Shown here: in pieces, positions 59,040-64,000 of the stretch
Layout of the letters: each line of letters opens with the position of its first letter
How positions within the stretch are numbered: the stretch's first letter is position 1
The notes under the pieces: model-generated
What the model was told of the DNA's origin: nothing
What the model saw: the letters and a program-made list of their open reading frames with translations, nothing else
Databases searched by the model: none
Assembly (NCBI GenBank): GCA_965263035.1
Contig: OZ253580.1
Location: forward strand, 4,480,001 to 4,544,000
Direction: 5' to 3'
Origin: Acidobacteriota bacterium
GTDB taxonomy: Bacteria > Acidobacteriota > UBA6911 > RPQK01 > JAJDTT01
Length of the DNA stretch: 64,000 nt
Translations under genes and position numbers: made by a program

Positions 59040-61505
59040 ATGGAACAGGTGAGAGTCAACGAACTGGCTTCGGAATTCGAGATGCAGAGTACTGCGGTCA
59101 TCTCGGAGCTCAAGAAGATCGGGGTCTGGGTGCCTTCACCCGAAACTCCGGTGGACTTTGACATCGCCAATCGTATTCGCCGGCGGTTGCAGCTCGTCAT
59201 CGATACGGAAGAGGAGGAGCAGGCCCGGGCCGTAAAGGCGAAGGTAAAGAAGCGGCCGTCCGCCAAGCCTCGCAAGACCATCAAACAGTTGGGCCAGCCC
59301 AGGAAAGCCGCGTCGCCTTCGGCGGACGCGATCGACAGCCCGTTCCTCATGGGATCGCTGAAGCCCAGAAAAGGGACGGGGAACTATCGAAGGATCGTGA
59401 CCGAGCCGCTGGAGGCGGTCCTGGAGAAGACGGAAGTCACCATCGAAGACGAGCCGATCATCGAAAGGGTCGAAGCCCAGATTTCGGCGGAGCTTCTGGA
59501 ACAGGCGCAACGAATGGTCCTTTCCAGGCCAGCGCCCCTCGCTTCCACGAGCCTTCCTCTGATGCCGCCGGGTACGGTTGGACCGGTGGCTCCGCCGCCG
59601 GCCTCGGCACCTCCGGCGACCGAGGCCCCTGCTCCTGAGTTGCCGGATGAGGTAGTCGAGGTCACGGCCGCCTCCGAAGTGGAGACCCCCGCCGTCGAAG
59701 CGCCTGAGGTGGAACCCCAGCCCGCCGAGGCTGTCAAAGGGCCCGAAGGTCCCGCCGTGATCACGGTCAGCGATTCGGTGACCGTGAGAGATTTGAGCGA
59801 GAAGCTGGGTGTCAAGAGCAAGGTGCTCATCAAAGAGCTCTTCACTCGGGGTGTGATGGCCACCATCAATCGGAGTCTGGACCGCGACACGATTCAGCAG
59901 TTGTGCGACATTTTCGACGCTCAGGTCGATTTCGTTTCCGAGCAGGAGGCCCTGGTCCAAGAGGAGCACGTCGTCGAACGTCCTGAGGACGTTCAGGTGC
60001 GGGCTCCGGTTGTCACCGTCATGGGGCATGTCGACCACGGAAAGACCTCGCTCTTGGACGCCATCCGAGAATCGCGTGTGGCGGCTTCGGAAGCCGGGGG
60101 GATCACGCAGCATATCGGGGCTTACCACGTCTCCGTGGACGGCAACAAGATCGTCTTTCTGGACACGCCGGGCCACGAAGCCTTCACTCTCATGCGGGCT
60201 CGCGGCGCCCAGGTGACCGACATCGTGGTTCTGGTCGTCGCAGCGGACGACGGCGTCATGCCGCAGACTCTCGAGGCCATGGACCACGCCAAAGCCGCCG
60301 GTGTTCCCATCGTCGTGGCCGTCAACAAAATGGATCGGCCGGACGCCAGGCCGGACCGGGTCAAGCAGCAGTTGGCGGACCGAGGGCTCACGCCAGAGGA
60401 CTGGGGCGGGGACACGGTCATGGTCGAGGTTTCAGCTCTGGCTCAAACCAACCTGGACCTGTTGCTGGAGATGGTCCTGCTGGTGGCGGATCTCACGGAG
60501 AGAACGGCCAATCCCCAGAGACCGGCGTTGGCGGTGGTGCTGGAAGCTCAGCTGGACCGGGGCCGCGGTCCGGTGGCGACCGCTCTGGTACAGGATGGGA
60601 CGTTGCGGGTGGGGGACTCCTTCGTTGCGGGCACGGCCTATGGCAAGGTCCGCGCCATGTTCGACGACCGGGGAAGGCCGGTCGTGGATGCCGGGCCCAG
60701 CTCCGCCGTCGAGGTTCTGGGGCTGCAGGATCTGCCCCAGGCGGGAGACTCCTTCCAGGTGTTGGCGGATGCCGCCAAGGCGCGGGAAATCGCGGAGTTG
60801 CGGCGCCAGGAGCAGCGCCAACTGGATCTGGCCAGATCGGGTCCCATGGGCCTGGACAAGCTCTTCGCTCATATGGCAACTAAGGAGGTCAAGGAACTCA
60901 ACTTGGTGGTCAAGGCCGACGGGCGGGGATCGGTCGAAGTCCTGGAAGGATCGCTTCGGAAACTGAGTGGAGAGAAGGTCCATATCAAGATCGTCCACAG
61001 CGGAGTCGGGGCCATTTCCGAATCGGACGTCTTGCTTGCCGCCGCCTCCCGGGCTCTGGTGGTGGGCTTCAACGTCCGCCCCGAGCGCAACGCTCAGAGG
61101 ACCGCCGATCGAGAGCAAGTCGAGCTTCGCATGTACACGGTCATCTACGAGCTGATCGAAGAAATCCAGCAGGCCATGCTGGGTCTTCTGGACCCCACCA
61201 TTCGTGAGCGGTTGGTGGGCCGGGCGGAAGTGCGCGACACCTTTCGTGTGGCCAAGTTCGGAACCATCGCCGGTTGCTTTATTCTGGAAGGGTCGGTCGC
61301 CCGCAACTCCCAGATTCGGCTGGTTCGAGACGGCACCGTCATTCACCAAGGCCGGACTGCCTCATTGCGGCGTTTTCGGGACGACGTCAACGAGGTCAGG
61401 AGCGGGTACGAGTGCGGTATCTCCATCGCCAACTTCCAGGACATCAAGGCCGGAGATGTGATCGAAGCTTTCGTGAAGGAAATGGTGGAACCCCAACTCG
61501 TTTAG
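59040..61505 (+). CDS. infB: Translation initiation factor IF-2
   Basis: [37 protein letters not shown]. Confidence 0.97.
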   Translation: MEQVRVNELASEFEMQSTAVISELKKIGVWVPSPETPVDFDIANRIRRRLQLVIDTEEEEQARAVKAKVKKRPSAKPRKTIKQLGQPRKAASPSADAIDSPFLMGSLKPRKGTGNYRRIVTEPLEAVLEKTEVTIEDEPIIERVEAQISAELLEQAQRMVLSRPAPLASTSLPLMPPGTVGPVAPPPASAPPATEAPAPELPDEVVEVTAASEVETPAVEAPEVEPQPAEAVKGPEGPAVITVSDSVTVRDLSEKLGVKSKVLIKELFTRGVMATINRSLDRDTIQQLCDIFDAQVDFVSEQEALVQEEHVVERPEDVQVRAPVVTVMGHVDHGKTSLLDAIRESRVAASEAGGITQHIGAYHVSVDGNKIVFLDTPGHEAFTLMRARGAQVTDIVVLVVAADDGVMPQTLEAMDHAKAAGVPIVVAVNKMDRPDARPDRVKQQLADRGLTPEDWGGDTVMVEVSALAQTNLDLLLEMVLLVADLTERTANPQRPALAVVLEAQLDRGRGPVATALVQDGTLRVGDSFVAGTAYGKVRAMFDDRGRPVVDAGPSSAVEVLGLQDLPQAGDSFQVLADAAKAREIAELRRQEQRQLDLARSGPMGLDKLFAHMATKEVKELNLVVKADGRGSVEVLEGSLRKLSGEKVHIKIVHSGVGAISESDVLLAAASRALVVGFNVRPERNAQRTADREQVELRMYTVIYELIEEIQQAMLGLLDPTIRERLVGRAEVRDTFRVAKFGTIAGCFILEGSVARNSQIRLVRDGTVIHQGRTASLRRFRDDVNEVRSGYECGISIANFQDIKAGDVIEAFVKEMVEPQLV

Positions 61506-61548
61506 CCCGGTTCCTCCATGGACTTCCCATTTCAACGTACGTCCATCG

Positions 61549-61839
61549 ATGCCCATCGTCTTCTGTTCGCTTGAGATTTACCTCCCCTATTGCCGATCCC
61601 TCAAGGAAAAGCGGCGCGTGGTCCGGAAGACGGCGGACCGCCTGCGTTCCCGTCTCAACTTCTCCGTGGCCGAGATCGACTATCAGGATCTGCACCGGAG
61701 AGCCCGGCTTGGCGCGGTCTCGGTGGGACCCGACCGGGTGACTCTGGAACGGGTCTCCAATCGGCTCATCCGGGAAAGCGAAAAGATTCTGGGAGGAGAT
61801 CTGGTGGACTACCGCATCGACATCTTCGATCATGACTGA
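61549..61839 (+). CDS. DUF503 (YlxP-like) protein
   Basis: SLKEKRRVV, NFSVAEIDYQDLHRRA; usual position after infB. Confidence 0.88.
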   Translation: MPIVFCSLEIYLPYCRSLKEKRRVVRKTADRLRSRLNFSVAEIDYQDLHRRARLGAVSVGPDRVTLERVSNRLIRESEKILGGDLVDYRIDIFDHD

Positions 61840-61978
61840 GTATCAGGTGTTCGCCGCGTGACGCATTCCGGCGGCCGCGGCCGTTCCTCGGTCACACACT
61901 ACGCGTATGCTCTCCCCGCACTCCTGATGCGTTCACCGAACCCACGGCTTCGGTGCGTCGCAACGCAGGCACGGCGCC

Positions 61979-62953
61979 ATGCTTGACGAAATCGTCCGCT
62001 TCACCCGGGATCGCCATCGCTTCGCCGTCACCTCTCACGCTCGCCCGGACGGGGATTCCATCGGGTCAGAGCTGGGATTGGGACTGGCCCTGGAGGCACT
62101 TGGAAAGACGGTCACCATCGTCAACGCGGACCGGGTGCCACGGATCTACCGTTGGCTGCCGGGCGCCGATAGAGTTCGGATCGTCGACCGGTTGGAAGGG
62201 AGTTGGGACGCCGTCTACGTCCTGGAGTGCAACGACCTGAACCGTCCCGGGGTCCGGAACCTGGATCGCTATCCGGTGGTCAACATCGATCACCACGCCC
62301 GCACCGAACCTTTCGGGACCTTCAACTGGGTGGACTCGGGAGCCGCCGCCGTCGCCGAAATGGTCTACCGGCTCCTGCTGGAACTGGAGGTTCCCGTCAC
62401 GCCTGAAATCGCCACCAATCTCTATGTGGCGATCATGACCGATACCGGTTCTTTTCGTTTTTCCAGCACCCACGCCGGGACCTTCCACACGGCTGCCCGA
62501 TTGACAGAAGCGGGGGCGGACCCGGGCTGGATCGCCCAGCAGGTCTACATGAACCAGCCGCGATCCCGAGTGGGTCTGCTGGTCAAAGTCCTGGACACTT
62601 TGGAGATCCATCCCTCCGGAAGGATCGCCTCGATCTACCTGTCGCAATCCATGTTGAGCGAAGCTGGAGCCACCGCAGCGGATGCGGAGGGTCTCGTGAA
62701 CTTTGCCCTGGGTCTTGAAGGCATCCAGATGGCGGCGTTGGTCCGTCAGGACAAGCACGGTCAGGTTCGGGTGAGTCTGCGTTCCAAGGGAGACTACGAC
62801 GTGGGGCTCGTGGCGTCCGGTCTGGGCGGTGGAGGGCACCGAAACGCGGCCGGCTTGAGAATGAAAGGGGACTCCGGCCGTGTGTCCGCAGAAGTCCTGG
62901 ACTGTCTGGAGCAGCTGCTGGACGCGGTTGACCAAGGATCGCCGGCATCTTGA
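61979..62953 (+). CDS. nrnA: DHH-family bifunctional oligoribonuclease/PAP phosphatase
   Basis: HARPDGDSIGS, NIDHH, TDTGSF, SLRSK, GGGGHRNAAG. Confidence 0.9.
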   Translation: MLDEIVRFTRDRHRFAVTSHARPDGDSIGSELGLGLALEALGKTVTIVNADRVPRIYRWLPGADRVRIVDRLEGSWDAVYVLECNDLNRPGVRNLDRYPVVNIDHHARTEPFGTFNWVDSGAAAVAEMVYRLLLELEVPVTPEIATNLYVAIMTDTGSFRFSSTHAGTFHTAARLTEAGADPGWIAQQVYMNQPRSRVGLLVKVLDTLEIHPSGRIASIYLSQSMLSEAGATAADAEGLVNFALGLEGIQMAALVRQDKHGQVRVSLRSKGDYDVGLVASGLGGGGHRNAAGLRMKGDSGRVSAEVLDCLEQLLDAVDQGSPAS

Positions 62954-62982
62954 GCAGAGGGCGGGCCCGGCGGCGTGGAGCC

Positions 62983-63888
62983 GTGAGCAATGCGGCTGAC
63001 CGCTCTCGAACCGGCCCGCACGGTCCTGCTCCGGACGGTGTTCTGGTCATCGACAAGCCGGAGGGCCCCACGTCCCACGACGTCGTGGAGTCGGCGCGGC
63101 GCGCGCTCGGGACGCGGGCAGGGCACACCGGCACACTGGATCCCCTGGCGACCGGGGTCCTTCCCCTGGTGCTGGGAAAGGCGACTCGGCTGAGCCGTTT
63201 CTACCAGAACCAGGACAAGGAGTATCTGGCCCGGATCGGTCTGGGACGGACGACCGAGACCTACGACCGGGAGGGAGCCATGGTCCGGGAGGGTCCGGTT
63301 CCCGAACTCTCGACGCGGGAGGTGCGGGAGTTTCTGGATCGATTCGTGGGCGAAATCCCCCAGCGGCCGCCTCTCTATTCGGCTGTTCGGGTCCAGGGCC
63401 GGCGACTCTACGAACTGGCCCGGAGCAGGCAGAGCGGAGAGCCTCCCCTCCGCCAGGTCAGGATTCATGGAATCGAGTTGCTGGAACGGACCCGGGACGA
63501 GTGGGCGCTCCAGGTTCACTGTTCCGCCGGAACCTACATCCGGACGCTGGCGCACGACCTGGGCGAGGCGATCGGCTGCGGAGCTTTTCTGGTGAGTCTG
63601 AGACGGACTCGGTCCGGCGCCTTCGATCTGTCTCAGGCGATATCGCCCGAACGGATGAAGGAGGAATGGGAAAGTGCCCATTTCCCCTTGGAGAAGCTGC
63701 TTCCGGAGCTTCCCCTTGTCGAGTTGGAGGATGCCGAGGGGAGGCTGGTCCGTCACGGAGGACAGGTTCAGGTCAACCTCCGTCTCCCCGACGGTTGGTG
63801 CCGGGTCTTCCATCGGGGGCGTCTGGTGGCGCTCGGTGAAACGGACGCCGGGACGATTCAGCCTTCAGTCGTTCTGGACCCGCTATGA
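62983..63888 (+). CDS. truB: tRNA pseudouridine(55) synthase
   Basis: DKPEGPTSHDVV, GHTGTLDPLATG, PPLYSA, CSAGTYIRTL. Confidence 0.96.
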   Translation: MSNAADRSRTGPHGPAPDGVLVIDKPEGPTSHDVVESARRALGTRAGHTGTLDPLATGVLPLVLGKATRLSRFYQNQDKEYLARIGLGRTTETYDREGAMVREGPVPELSTREVREFLDRFVGEIPQRPPLYSAVRVQGRRLYELARSRQSGEPPLRQVRIHGIELLERTRDEWALQVHCSAGTYIRTLAHDLGEAIGCGAFLVSLRRTRSGAFDLSQAISPERMKEEWESAHFPLEKLLPELPLVELEDAEGRLVRHGGQVQVNLRLPDGWCRVFHRGRLVALGETDAGTIQPSVVLDPL

Positions 63889-63907
63889 GGAGAAAAGAGG
63901 GGTTTCG

Positions 63908-64000
63908 GTGAAAGGGACTCTTCCGGAATTGACTCCTTTGGTGGATAGGCTGCGTGGGCGGCCACGGTTCCTCGTCTTCACGGGAGCGGGCATCTCCACG
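63908..64000 (+). CDS. Sir2/CobB-family NAD-dependent deacylase, N-terminus (runs off the window)
   Basis: Frame from GTG 63908 ends ...LVFTGAGIST, the sirtuin GAGxS motif. Confidence 0.7.
   Translation, partial: MKGTLPELTPLVDRLRGRPRFLVFTGAGIST

Noticed and set aside
59500-59760. Pro/Ala/Glu-rich low-complexity stretch in IF-2 (also the poly-Glu run in DegP)
   Set aside because: Variable linkers are normal in these families

Overview
High-GC bacterial chromosome segment, densely coding and mostly housekeeping. Gene content (Ig-repeat Pal, DUF503-DHH-truB order, Hfq-like protein, PDZ sensor kinase) looks most like Acidobacteriota; this is an inference. Order: partial xerC-type recombinase; NtrY/NtrX-like pair; hydantoinase/oxoprolinase A; rlmB; an outer-membrane barrel, then a sigma54 promoter, a PDZ/multi-TM/GAF/PAS kinase, an NtrC-type regulator and ExbB-ExbD-ExbD-TPR; eno, gpmI; three glycosyltransferases with rmlA/rmlB; smpB, pepA; a degenerate Fic protein; hfq-like; ricT-holB-tmk; yggS; class II nrdJ; dnaJ/grpE/hrcA; a lipoate-ligase-family gene; degP; pcrA/uvrD; a ParB-like plus SplB-like radical SAM pair; pal; three M16 peptidases; rimP-nusA-infB-DUF503-DHH-truB; and the start of a sirtuin. 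Three families of short MITE-like terminal-inverted-repeat elements are scattered through the window, several sitting on stop codons. A 2.7 kb island between grpE and dnaJ holds a decayed PKS(KS)-PPTase-hydrolase cluster resembling the sponge-symbiont sup genes, and its deletion junction carries an exact MITE end. The best candidates for uncharacterised systems are the ParB-like/SplB-like pair, the PDZ-kinase/sigma54 envelope module, and the repeat-bounded cassette with a tiny basic ORF upstream of nrdJ. No rRNA, tRNA or CRISPR array was seen. All product calls come from motif recognition by eye; no database search was run.
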